IMG/VR virus record: IMGVR_UViG_3300048574_000448
Coordinates: 1-32,124 of that record
Reading direction: 5' to 3' (one strand)
DNA length: 32,124 nucleotides
From: a virus
Lineage: Duplodnaviria; Caudoviricetes
This document shows positions 16,544 to 25,376 of the stretch, in pieces. Every line of letters starts with the position of its first letter. Position 1 is the first letter of the stretch. The notes below the pieces were generated by a model that searched no databases, had not been told where the DNA came from, and was given only the letters and a program-made list of their open reading frames with translations. The position numbers and the translations under genes were made by a program.

Positions 16544-18898
16544 TTACGCGGTGTAGAGCAACTGCTCCATTTCCCGCAGTGCTTTCTCAAACTGTTCACG
16601 ACCGCCGAAGCTGGCGATCAACTCCACTCGGGTGCCGAGGTCGACCAACGGCTTCACCGCAAGGGTATTCAAGTCTTCGAGGCCATCAATTCCCACTTCG
16701 GAATACTTGTCGAGCAAACCTTCCAAAACCTGTCTGGCCATCCCGCTGTACTTTCCGAAGTAGTCCCGCTTGATGACATTCTGAGCCCGTTCACGTCGGG
16801 TAAGCGGCTTCCGGTCGAAAGCGATGTGGCAAACCAGGTCGAAGGCATCGTAGTCTGCTCCGACGGCATCGGCGAGTTCGTTCAGAAACACGCCGTGCTT
16901 CTGCAATTCGGTGGTGATTGCTGTTTTCCGGGTCTGCTCGTTCCAGTCGGAGATAAAGGCGTCCAGGGAAAGATACATCTGCCGTATGCGATCCCGGGCG
17001 TAATCCTTCAGGGACACGGTGACCAGTTTCCCGTTGGCGTCCAGGTATTGGACTCGCTCGCAGGCAACCGTTACTTCCACATCGTCGATATAGAATTTCC
17101 GGGGTTCGGGCTGATCCGGGCCGGGTGGAATCGTAACATCGGGGGTGTCGGAGGTCGGAGAATCCCCGATCGTTGTTTCCGTGCCCTCTACGTCGCCTTG
17201 TTCGTCATTATCCGGGTCTTCGTCGTCGAGGGGTTTCACCACGACCGGTTCTCCATCGAAATCCGGATCGGCAAAGTGCCGGGTAGCATTCCGAAAATCG
17301 ATGATAGTGAAGAAGAATTTGTCGTAGTCCTCTTCGATCCGGGTTCCCCTGCCTACGATCTGCTTGAATTCGATCATGCTGTTGATGTTTTTATCCAACA
17401 CGACGAATTTGCAGGTTTTTACATCCACGCCGGTCGTAAGCAACTGGCTGGTAGTAACCAGGCAGGGAACCGACGATTCGGGATTCGAGAAATCATCCAG
17501 GTCCGCTTCGGCAGTCTGGCTGTCACCCGTGATCCTAACCGCATATCGGGGATACTGGGCAACCAGGTCGGAGTTTTCGTTCACCAGACGAGATCGCAGC
17601 ATCTCGGCATGCTCGATGTTTTGGCAGAAGAAGATGGATTTGTCGAACCGGCAGCTATGCTTCTTCAGATAATTCGAGACCCGCCTGGCTACCAAGTCCG
17701 TTCGCTGTTCCAGAATGATCGTGTTATCGTAATCCACGACCGTGTATTCGCGATCCTCGATTTCACGGCCGTATTTATCGGTTTGCCCTTGCTCCGGACG
17801 CCAGCCCAGGTCTTTGTCGAGATAGACCCGGATCACCTTGTACGGAGCCAGGAAACCGTCTTCAATGCCCTGTTTCAGGGAGTAGATGTAGATCGGACTG
17901 CCGAAATACTCGATGTTGGAAACCGAATAAGTCTCTTTGGGCGTGGCTGTCATACCGATTTGCGTTGCCGCCGAGAAATACTCGAGGATTTCGCGCCAGG
18001 CTGAGTCTTCCGCCGCGCTTCCCCGGTGACACTCGTCGATCACGATGAGATCGAAGAACCCGGGTGTGAACTGCTTGTAGATGTTTTTCCAGTCCTCATT
18101 TCCGGTCACGGCCTGATACAGGGATAGGTAAACCTCGTAGGATTTATCCACCTGCCGGTTGGTGATCTTGGTCATCTTGTTGCCGAAAGGGGCGAAATCG
18201 TTGTTCTTGGCCTGATTGAGCAGGACGTTTCGGTCGGCAAGGAAGAGGATGCGTTTCTTCATGCCGGATTTCCACAATCGATAAGCGATTTGGAAGGCGG
18301 TGAAGGTTTTCCCTGTTCCCGTCGCCATGACCAGGAGTATTCTGTTCTTCCCTTCCGCCACAGCTTGCACGGTACGATTGATCGCCACCCGCTGATAATA
18401 CCTCGGCTCTTTCCCTTCCATCTCCCGATAATAGTCCTGGGTGATCACCCGTTCGGTACCGGCATCCAGGCCCCTGGCTGTTTTAAGACGCATCCATAAT
18501 TCTGCAGGCGAGGGGAAGGAATCCATCGCAATTTCACGTTCGATGGAGCCGATCGTCGCCGTGCGGTCATGTTCCAGGAAGCCGTGTCCATTGGAAGAAT
18601 ACACAAAGGGAATATCCAACGACTCCGCATAGCTCAGGGCCTGTTGCATGCCGTCGCCGACGCTGTGACCCGCATCTTTGGCTTCGATCAGGGCAATGGG
18701 GAAATCGGACTTGTAATAGAGGAGGTAGTCGACTCGCTTCCGTTCGCCACGCTGATGGCGGTTACCGGTGACTATGATGCGTCCGGCGGTGAAGGTGAAC
18801 TCCTCACGAATCTGGTTATGAAGGTCCCATCCGGCTTTTACGATAGCCGGTGTGATGTACTTAGTACGAATATCGGTTTCGCTTAGCCCAGTCGCCAT
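16544..18898 (-). CDS. hsdR: Type I R-M restriction subunit (EcoAI/EcoEI-like, short form)
   Basis: Nuclease motif VDY...IEAK. Helicase motifs MATGTGKT, DECHR, TATP, QIVGRGTR. EcoEI-type C-terminus (FGGREQFEKALREMEQLLY). Confidence 0.97.
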   Translation of the reverse strand: MATGLSETDIRTKYITPAIVKAGWDLHNQIREEFTFTAGRIIVTGNRHQRGERKRVDYLLYYKSDFPIALIEAKDAGHSVGDGMQQALSYAESLDIPFVYSSNGHGFLEHDRTATIGSIEREIAMDSFPSPAELWMRLKTARGLDAGTERVITQDYYREMEGKEPRYYQRVAINRTVQAVAEGKNRILLVMATGTGKTFTAFQIAYRLWKSGMKKRILFLADRNVLLNQAKNNDFAPFGNKMTKITNRQVDKSYEVYLSLYQAVTGNEDWKNIYKQFTPGFFDLIVIDECHRGSAAEDSAWREILEYFSAATQIGMTATPKETYSVSNIEYFGSPIYIYSLKQGIEDGFLAPYKVIRVYLDKDLGWRPEQGQTDKYGREIEDREYTVVDYDNTIILEQRTDLVARRVSNYLKKHSCRFDKSIFFCQNIEHAEMLRSRLVNENSDLVAQYPRYAVRITGDSQTAEADLDDFSNPESSVPCLVTTSQLLTTGVDVKTCKFVVLDKNINSMIEFKQIVGRGTRIEEDYDKFFFTIIDFRNATRHFADPDFDGEPVVVKPLDDEDPDNDEQGDVEGTETTIGDSPTSDTPDVTIPPGPDQPEPRKFYIDDVEVTVACERVQYLDANGKLVTVSLKDYARDRIRQMYLSLDAFISDWNEQTRKTAITTELQKHGVFLNELADAVGADYDAFDLVCHIAFDRKPLTRRERAQNVIKRDYFGKYSGMARQVLEGLLDKYSEVGIDGLEDLNTLAVKPLVDLGTRVELIASFGGREQFEKALREMEQLLYTA

Positions 18899-19104
18899 CG
18901 GGATTCCTTCTTGTGCCCTTTTGGGCGAAGTCCCTCACAAGGGGACATCTTCTACAATATGCGAAAAATCCTTTGGAGAAGCAATTTTGACAAGCGTTTT
19001 TTTCAATTCAAATAAACCGCTTTCAATTGCGTCGCTGTGCAAGCCGATTTGATCTTCTCATTGCAGTCCTTATTTTGTGCTCCAGCAATGTACAAGGAGC
19101 CAAG
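18899..19104. promoter_or_regulatory. Divergent control region between hsdR and the endolysin/late operon
   Basis: AT-rich 206 bp gap. TTGACA at 18987-18992 (+) with a poor -10. TATTGT-AG on the minus strand at 18952-18959 echoes the CATTGT-AG boxes at 8133 and 8588. Confidence 0.4.
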
Positions 19105-19527
19105 ATGGATAACGCCCTGCTCGCCACCCTCCAGGAGCAACTGCTTCGGCACGAGGGGTTAAAGCTGAAGCCCTACCGTTGCCCGGCGGGGAAACTCACC
19201 ATCGGCGTGGGCCGCAACCTCGACGACTGCGGCATCAGCCGGGACGAGGCCCTCACCCTGCTGGAGAACGATATCCACCGCTGCGAGACCGAGATTCAGG
19301 CGCACATCCCGACCCTGTTCTCCCTGCTCTCTCCGAACCGCAAAACCGTGCTGGTGAACATGGCGTTCAACCTTGGCACGGCGGGCATGCTGGGGTTTCG
19401 GAACATGCTCGCTCATGCTTTGGAAGGCAACTTCGAGAAAGCGGCCAACGACATGCTCGCGTCCAAGTGGGCGAAGCAGGTCGGGAAGCGGGCCATCGAA
19501 CTATCCGAGCTGATGAGGAAGGGCTGA
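19105..19527 (+). CDS. Endolysin, GH24/T4-lysozyme-like
   Basis: ATG at 19105 after AAGGAG. HEG...YRC...LTIGVGRNL gives the E-X8-C-X5-T triad. Also NMAFNLG and SKWAKQV..RA. Confidence 0.93.
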   Translation: MDNALLATLQEQLLRHEGLKLKPYRCPAGKLTIGVGRNLDDCGISRDEALTLLENDIHRCETEIQAHIPTLFSLLSPNRKTVLVNMAFNLGTAGMLGFRNMLAHALEGNFEKAANDMLASKWAKQVGKRAIELSELMRKG

Positions 19528-19985
19528 TGCCAGCCGCGATTCCGGTCGAACCGAAAGCCCTCTGCGCCATGCTGAACCTGCCCGATGAGATGGCGGGCAA
19601 GCCCATCTTCGACCAGCATGTCGGTTTGGTGCTGCGGCATCTGGAGCGGATCACCCAAGCAGATGCCCTCAAGGATGCCTTCGAAGACTTACGCGAGGAC
19701 GACCCGATCTACATCGGCTTCCGCTTCGGATACGCCTTCCTGATGCTCGCGTCTGTGGCCGAGTTCCTGAATCTCAAGACTTTAGGTGAGGGCATCGTGA
19801 AGACCATCGGCTTCGATGCCCAGGTGACCGAACTACTGACCGGGGCTGAGATCGAAGCGTTCAAGAACGGGATCGAAAAACGTGCCCTGATCAGCCTCCA
19901 GCCGTGGCTCAATGAATGTGGTCTGGATCGCCTGGAACAGCTCTCGCCCCGCCCGGCACGACGTTTCCGGATCGGGGTCATCTGA
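19527..19985 (+). CDS. Phage protein, possible head-tail adaptor
   Basis: 152 aa, TGATG-coupled on both sides. Function inferred only from size and position ahead of two neck-like genes. Confidence 0.55.
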   Translation: MPAAIPVEPKALCAMLNLPDEMAGKPIFDQHVGLVLRHLERITQADALKDAFEDLREDDPIYIGFRFGYAFLMLASVAEFLNLKTLGEGIVKTIGFDAQVTELLTGAEIEAFKNGIEKRALISLQPWLNECGLDRLEQLSPRPARRFRIGVI

Positions 19986-20455
19986 TGGACAAGGAACTGA
20001 TGCTCGATGTCTACCGGGCCATTCTGACCGCTCTGGACAGCCGTTTACACCTGATCGGGTCGGTCTTGGACGGCGACGCCCGACGGCTGACGTTGGAGAG
20101 AGGCATATACGACAAGGGCGACTTCCACGGCAACATGGGCTATGTGGTGACGGTGGAAGACGATGGTGTGACCCTGCATGTCGGCTCCAACGTACGCCAT
20201 GAACCCTTCGTGCTGGGTGGCAAGGTTCCCTCGTGGACGCCGCTGGCACCCCTGAAAGCATGGGTGGAGCGAAAGCACCTCGCGTGGACGGATCGCGAGA
20301 CGGGCAAGGAACTTACCGTCACCCAGATGGCTTACATGATTCGGGGCAAGATCAAGCGCGAGGGGATTCCCGAACGCAACATCTACGAAGAGATTCTCCG
20401 CAACCGTGAACAATGGATTCTTCGCCAACTCAACGACATCGAGGTAAGCCTGTGA
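19985..20455 (+). CDS. Probable neck/tail-completion protein (HK97 gp10/Mu gpG-like)
   Basis: 156 aa. DKGDF...VGSNVRHEPFV..G...PLAPLKAWVERK...IKREGIPER pattern. Confidence 0.6.
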   Translation: MDKELMLDVYRAILTALDSRLHLIGSVLDGDARRLTLERGIYDKGDFHGNMGYVVTVEDDGVTLHVGSNVRHEPFVLGGKVPSWTPLAPLKAWVERKHLAWTDRETGKELTVTQMAYMIRGKIKREGIPERNIYEEILRNREQWILRQLNDIEVSL

Positions 20456-20835
20456 ACCCTTTCTACACCGAACGCAAGCACATCGTCGAGGCCCTGACAG
20501 AGTCCGGGATCGACCTCGTGTTGTTCAACAAGGACAGTGTCCCGAAGTCCTATCCCTGCGCCGTGATCCTGCTGGAAAGCGAGACAGGGCGGCTTCCCAC
20601 CGGACGCCAGTTCATGACCTCCGACCTTGCCTGGACGCTCTTCCTGGTGGTCAACGCCCATGAGAACCCCGACCCCGACAACGATCTCTACGAACTGAAG
20701 GAAGCTTTCCGCACCAATTGGATCGCCATGAAGGAGAAGGACTTCGCCAAGGTGGAGTATTACACGTCCCGGGTCGATGGCACACGGCTTGTCCGAATCG
20801 CCCGGATCGAACTCGGACGCAGGGCGGGCGCATGA
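20452..20835 (+). CDS. Phage protein, possible tail terminator
   Basis: 127 aa, GTG start overlapping the previous stop, GAGGT RBS. Contains a YPCAVIL motif; size is typical. Confidence 0.5.
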   Translation: MNPFYTERKHIVEALTESGIDLVLFNKDSVPKSYPCAVILLESETGRLPTGRQFMTSDLAWTLFLVVNAHENPDPDNDLYELKEAFRTNWIAMKEKDFAKVEYYTSRVDGTRLVRIARIELGRRAGA

Positions 20836-22019
20836 AGGTGATGCGGATCGGAAGCGGCAATGTAGGCATCTCGGATGCCTCCGAACTCCTCGAAACCAAG
20901 TATCGCGAGGAACCGGTCGATCTGGAAAAGCTGACCCTCGTCGGGTCCGCTGTGATCTCCAAGGCCGAGTCGAAGCGGAAGACCGTGGCCGCACCCTATT
21001 CGATGGCGAAGTTGCTGAACATGCTGGATGTGGACGAGTATCACGCCGGATGTGTTGAGGCGATTGTGATGGCGTCGGTGATGCAGTTTTCCTGCAAGAA
21101 CGCCAATGTCACCGCCTGGCTAAATGCTGCCGAGTTTCCCGCCAACGAAGACCCTGCGACTATTCTTTCCGGGCTGGCGAAGCACTACCTCGCCTGCGGG
21201 AACGGGTTCCTGATCAAGATGCGCAACGCGAAAGGCGAGTGGGTGGGTCTGGAACGGCTCCTACCCAACGAGACCCAGATCATCGAGGCATTCGACGGGT
21301 TCGGCTTCTTCCGTCCCGACTTCGTGCAGGTAAAACTCGGCCAGAAGCGCGAGTTCGCCAACGCCGACATCATCCACTTCAAACGCTTCACCCATCGCTC
21401 GAACGCCTGGGGGCTTTCATGCCTGCCCATCGCCATCAACATCGAGATTCTCTCGGAGATTAAAACCTTCGATTACAACAATTTCAAGAACGGCCTGATG
21501 ATCGATTATTTCATCATCGTCGAGGGCGGAACGCTGCGGGACGGCACAGTCACCGACGAACAGGGCAACCAGGTCGTGACCGACGCTTACGCCGAGATCG
21601 AGAAAGCCCTCATCGAGGTGAAAGGCAACCTCAAGAGCCACTCCACCGTGCTGATCGAAAGCGAGAACAAGGATGTCCGTATCCGCCTGGAACCGCTCCG
21701 TCAGCAGGAACGGGAGGGCGGGTTTCTCGCGCTCAAGAAAGATCTCCGCGAAGGTATTTTCGCCTATCACCGGGTCCCAGCGCGAGTTGTTTCCCAACTG
21801 ATTCCCGGTCAACTCGGAGGCGATAACCGCTCCGACATGGTCATGTTCCATCACTTCGTCGTCCAGCCCATCCAACGCCGCCTGGCCCTGATCCTGAGCA
21901 AGGAGTTCCAGCGCGAGTTCGGGTGGAGCGTGAAGCCGGACGAGTTCGAGTTCGGCGACCTATCAACCGTTTACCAGGACGCCGATGAACGGCTGTTCCT
22001 GCAACAGAAAACCAACTGA
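20832..22019 (+). CDS. Portal protein (PBSX/P2 gpQ-like)
   Basis: 395 aa. HAGCV, HYLACGNGFL..RN..GE...LE.L, DIIHF, FKNG, EGGFLALKK...IFAYHRVP..VV, VVQPIQ. Confidence 0.9.
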   Translation: MKVMRIGSGNVGISDASELLETKYREEPVDLEKLTLVGSAVISKAESKRKTVAAPYSMAKLLNMLDVDEYHAGCVEAIVMASVMQFSCKNANVTAWLNAAEFPANEDPATILSGLAKHYLACGNGFLIKMRNAKGEWVGLERLLPNETQIIEAFDGFGFFRPDFVQVKLGQKREFANADIIHFKRFTHRSNAWGLSCLPIAINIEILSEIKTFDYNNFKNGLMIDYFIIVEGGTLRDGTVTDEQGNQVVTDAYAEIEKALIEVKGNLKSHSTVLIESENKDVRIRLEPLRQQEREGGFLALKKDLREGIFAYHRVPARVVSQLIPGQLGGDNRSDMVMFHHFVVQPIQRRLALILSKEFQREFGWSVKPDEFEFGDLSTVYQDADERLFLQQKTN

Positions 22020-22029
22020 AGGAGGTATA

Positions 22030-23754
22030 GTGAACCTGTTCAAACGTAAGACGATCCGGAAAGGTGAACTCCGCAATATCGAGGTGGAGTTGGTTTCCCT
22101 GCTGTTTGATGACATGAATCCCGCCAACCAGAAGGGTTACGTGGTGAAATCGGCGCAGGGACGCAGTTTCCTGCTCAGAGCGTCCTCGGTGAAGTTTAAG
22201 AGCGAGGCGGTCGGCACCCAGGGAAGACTCTATGTGACCCTGCTCGAACCCGATGTCCGCGACAGCCAGGGCGACTTCTACAACGCCGAGGAAATCCAAA
22301 AAGCTTGCGACCATTTCGCCCGCCACGGGATGGTCGGGAAGTGCGATGTGAACCACAACCTACACCCTATTTCCGACTTCTTTGTAGCCGAGAACTACAT
22401 CCTGAAGGGGGCGGACACAGCGCATTTCCCCGATACCAAACCTGGTGCCTGGGTGCAGGTGCTGAAGTGTGACAACCTGCGCAGCGAGTTCTGGCAGAAG
22501 GTCGAGAAGGGGCAGTTCAACGGAGTGAGCATTTATGGAAAAGCCGAGGATGTCGGGGATACCGGCGTGCAGGCGACTCTCAATTCCATCAAACAGGAGA
22601 TCGCCACTCTGCGTAATTCTTCGGATGCGAACATGACCGAATCCCTGAACGGTCTCGAAGCAAAGCTGACCGAGTTGGAACGCTCCAGCGGGGACGTGCT
22701 TACCCGCGAAGCTCTGAAGGGTATTGAGTCGGGGCTGCATGACCTCAACCGCAATCTCACCCGGGCGATTTCCAAGTCCATCGGTGGGGAACCGATCCCG
22801 CAGGTGATCGACCGTGAACTGGTCATCGATGGGCAGAAGGTGCTGGTCAAATCCAGTCACCGCGAAATCTACAAGGGCATCGCGGATGTGGATTCCGGGC
22901 AGGCGATGGGCATCCTCACCGCCAATAACACCAGCCTGTTCATCGACGAGGTGATCGGCAGCAAGCCCGGCGACACGCTCTCGGACATCACGGTCGTGCC
23001 CCTACTGAAGGACGAGAAGATCGATGTCGGGCTGATCGACGACCTGATCTTCAAGAACAGTCTCGACGGCACTCTGACAGCGCAGGAGGTCGCTACCGCC
23101 GACATTGCCTGCGCGACGGGTATCCTCAACGCCGAGTTCCGCCTGGGCCGTGACATCGTCGAGTTCTACAAGGACAAGTACGGGGCCGAGGCGTTCGGGG
23201 CATACGTCGAGCAGAACATCGCCCGTAAGACCGAGAAGGCGATGCGTCTGCTGCTGTTCCAGGGTGACCGTGCCTCCGCGACTCCGAAGTTGAAAGCCCT
23301 CGACGGCATCGTGAAACAGGCTACGGCAGCCAGTGCGGTAACCAACCTTTCCAAGGCCACCTATACCACCTGGGCGGACCGGTTTGAGGCCCTGCTGCTG
23401 GCCTTTTCGGACGACATGCTCGAGGAGCAGACCAACTTCAACATCTACGTCGCCCAGCGGGATTTGATCAAGATTCGGGACGAACTAGCCAAGCGTCAGA
23501 CCAACGCCGGAGACCGGCTCCTGCTCGAGGGTGGAAATGTCAGTTTCGCGGGCATCCCGGTAAAGGGTCGCCTGCTGCCTTCCGAGACGCTCGTGGCGGG
23601 CCTTCCCAAGTTCATCATCCTGGGCTACCGCACCGAGGCGGAAATGAAGGTCGAGCACCACGGCGACGACTGGAAGTATCACTGGTACATCCGCATCCGG
23701 CCCGGCATCACCTACGTCAACGGCTTTGTCAAAGTGTTCAAACTCACCACCTAA
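22030..23754 (+). CDS. Fused prohead protease (XkdF-like) - scaffold - major capsid protein
   Basis: 574 aa, GTG start after GGAGGT. Protease motifs EPDVRDSQGDFY.AEEIQKA, DVNH, GAW, WQKVEKGQFNGVSIYG. Coiled-coil linker, then an HK97-fold-like capsid region (LFQGD...LDGIVKQ, FAGIPV). Confidence 0.82.
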   Translation: MNLFKRKTIRKGELRNIEVELVSLLFDDMNPANQKGYVVKSAQGRSFLLRASSVKFKSEAVGTQGRLYVTLLEPDVRDSQGDFYNAEEIQKACDHFARHGMVGKCDVNHNLHPISDFFVAENYILKGADTAHFPDTKPGAWVQVLKCDNLRSEFWQKVEKGQFNGVSIYGKAEDVGDTGVQATLNSIKQEIATLRNSSDANMTESLNGLEAKLTELERSSGDVLTREALKGIESGLHDLNRNLTRAISKSIGGEPIPQVIDRELVIDGQKVLVKSSHREIYKGIADVDSGQAMGILTANNTSLFIDEVIGSKPGDTLSDITVVPLLKDEKIDVGLIDDLIFKNSLDGTLTAQEVATADIACATGILNAEFRLGRDIVEFYKDKYGAEAFGAYVEQNIARKTEKAMRLLLFQGDRASATPKLKALDGIVKQATAASAVTNLSKATYTTWADRFEALLLAFSDDMLEEQTNFNIYVAQRDLIKIRDELAKRQTNAGDRLLLEGGNVSFAGIPVKGRLLPSETLVAGLPKFIILGYRTEAEMKVEHHGDDWKYHWYIRIRPGITYVNGFVKVFKLTT

Positions 23755-23768
23755 GCAAAGGAGCAAGC

Positions 23769-24119
23769 ATGGATTTCATTCTGCAGAATCAGGAGTTCAT
23801 CGTCGGATTTGTAGTCACAGCCACTGCGTGGATCGTGGCTCGAATCACGGGCAAGAGCCTCGACAAGACCAAATTGAACGCCGCTCTCGCCACCATCCTC
23901 GACATCGTCCAGGACATCAAGACCGGCCCCGAGACCCAAGCCCTCGATGATCATGCCAAGAAGCAGTTGGCCGTCGAACGCACAGTGAAAGCGCTCCCGG
24001 AGAAACAGGCATCGTTGCTGACCCGGGTGTTCGGCACCATTGGCGGAGCGGTCGAGTTCGTGTTCCACAACAAGAAGTGGCTGTTCAGCCTCGGTAAAGT
24101 CGCCCGGAGCATCCTGTGA
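23769..24119 (+). CDS. Probable holin (single N-terminal TM, LL-H-like)
   Basis: 116 aa. TM segment FIVGFVVTATAWIVA, KKQLAVE motif, basic C-terminus. AAGGAG RBS. Confidence 0.6.
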   Translation: MDFILQNQEFIVGFVVTATAWIVARITGKSLDKTKLNAALATILDIVQDIKTGPETQALDDHAKKQLAVERTVKALPEKQASLLTRVFGTIGGAVEFVFHNKKWLFSLGKVARSIL

Positions 24120-24183
24120 GATGCCCGGTGATGACCAAAACCATCCCGGAGAGACCATACCACCGATCGAGGAAGGAGAACGT

Positions 24184-24723
24184 ATGCCTGTAGCCGCACC
24201 CACCTACCCATCGGGCATGACCGGTGATAAACTCTTGATCGCCAACCTAATGCCCATCATGCCCGGCGACACTGTGTATTTCGGAACCGGGAAGTATGCC
24301 ACGGTCACCGAAGCGGACACGGCGTTCGCTTCCGGAACAGCCGCCACCACGCTATCCAACAACTACGACCCACTCGGCGAGTTGGCGGAGAAGGCCGGGA
24401 AACTCGACTCGAAGCAGACCAAGCTGAAGAGCCGTAACTACTCGTTTCCCGGCAAGCGCAATACGACGGTCGAACTGAACATCATCGGCCTCTCCTGCGC
24501 CCAAAAGGATTACCTCGAAAGCAGTTCCTTCACCGGGAGGGAGATCACCATCGTGGTCGGCTCGGCGGACAACACCCGCCTGGTCGTGCTGAACGGCCTG
24601 TATTGGACGGTCGATATCACCGGCGAGGCCGACGGCCTGTTCCAGGTGACCGTCTCGGCCGAGTTTTCCGGCCCCACCACCGACCGCATCTACCTCTACC
24701 GCAGCTTTATGCGAGGCGAGTAA
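24184..24723 (+). CDS. Probable major tail (tube) protein
   Basis: 179 aa, Thr/Gly/Ser-rich and beta-prone. AAGGAG RBS. Lies upstream of the tail chaperone and tape measure genes. Confidence 0.55.
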   Translation: MPVAAPTYPSGMTGDKLLIANLMPIMPGDTVYFGTGKYATVTEADTAFASGTAATTLSNNYDPLGELAEKAGKLDSKQTKLKSRNYSFPGKRNTTVELNIIGLSCAQKDYLESSSFTGREITIVVGSADNTRLVVLNGLYWTVDITGEADGLFQVTVSAEFSGPTTDRIYLYRSFMRGE

Positions 24724-24923
24724 TGGAGTGCGTCTGCAAGCCGGAAATCCGTGAGAAGATCGACGCCGTGCACGAGGAAATCTACGGCAACGGATCGAGT
24801 GAAAAGGCACTCACCACGCGCATCGCCCGCCTCGAAAGCAATGTGAAACTGCTCATCGCCGTCTCGACCAGCCAGTTCTTCATGCTGGCCGGGATGGCGT
24901 TCAAGCTGTTCGTAACCCGCTGA
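24723..24923 (+). CDS. Small membrane protein, XhlA-like
   Basis: 66 aa. IYGNG...TTRIARLE coiled coil and a C-terminal hydrophobic helix. TAATG coupling. Confidence 0.6.
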   Translation: MECVCKPEIREKIDAVHEEIYGNGSSEKALTTRIARLESNVKLLIAVSTSQFFMLAGMAFKLFVTR

Positions 24924-24933
24924 AGGAGACACT

Positions 24934-25278
24934 TTGAAGGACATAAAACTAACCTACGGCCAGCTCCGGGCGATCCTGGGGCTGGCTCTGGAGAATGGAG
25001 CCGTCCGCCTGCGCCTGGAGGACTTCCTGACCGGCAAGGCGGTCAATCTGAGCGAGATGGAGCTCGTGGAACTCATCCACAAGTCCGGCGTGGACTTGGA
25101 ACTCCTCCGCATCCTCACCGGCTCCGATCCAACCGAACTGGACGCCGTGGATGCGCTCGAAACCGTCGCCGCTTTTTTCGCCTACTGGCGGGCCAGCAAG
25201 CCGAGGTTAGCCGGCTGGCTCGGGAGTTTGGGCTTCGCGGTGGAAGGCAAAACCACCCCTTCGAGAGGTTCGAAATGA
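24934..25278 (+). CDS. Tail assembly chaperone (gpG-like)
   Basis: 114 aa, TTG start after AAGGAG. Contains an in-frame slippery heptamer at 25173-25179. Confidence 0.75.
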   Translation: MKDIKLTYGQLRAILGLALENGAVRLRLEDFLTGKAVNLSEMELVELIHKSGVDLELLRILTGSDPTELDAVDALETVAAFFAYWRASKPRLAGWLGSLGFAVEGKTTPSRGSK

Positions 25279-25376
25279 GCTGCCGCAAGCTTGGATTCGC
25301 CTCGGTGGATTTCGACGTCATGACCATGCCGGAGTTGTACTTGCGGCTGTGCCTGGCCTGCGAAAGGGAGGACTGA
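25173..25376 (+). CDS. -1 frameshift extension of the tail chaperone (gpGT-like; full product 24934-25376, 147 aa)
   Basis: GCT TTT TTC gives T TTT TTC. The -1 frame is open for 65 codons (RLLAGQQAEV...DFDVMTMPELYLRLCLACERED*) and its stop overlaps the next ATG (TGATG). Confidence 0.72.
   Translation, partial: FFRLLAGQQAEVSRLAREFGLRGGRQNHPFERFEMSCRKLGFASVDFDVMTMPELYLRLCLACERED

Noticed and set aside
17100-17260. Acidic Pro/Thr-rich stretch in HsdR
   Set aside because: Ordinary low-complexity linker before the C-terminal domain in EcoAI/EcoEI-like HsdR.
16445-18004. 519 aa plus-strand ORF (likewise 15620-16279)
   Set aside because: Antisense shadow of hsdR/hsdM.
19027-19104. Signal-peptide/SAR-like N-terminal extension of the endolysin
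   Set aside because: Depends on a TTG start without an RBS; a strong AAGGAG precedes the ATG at 19105.
7742-19104. Cargo block as an independent IS, transposon or integrative element
   Set aside because: No own transposase or integrase, and no terminal inverted repeats or target duplication found by eye.
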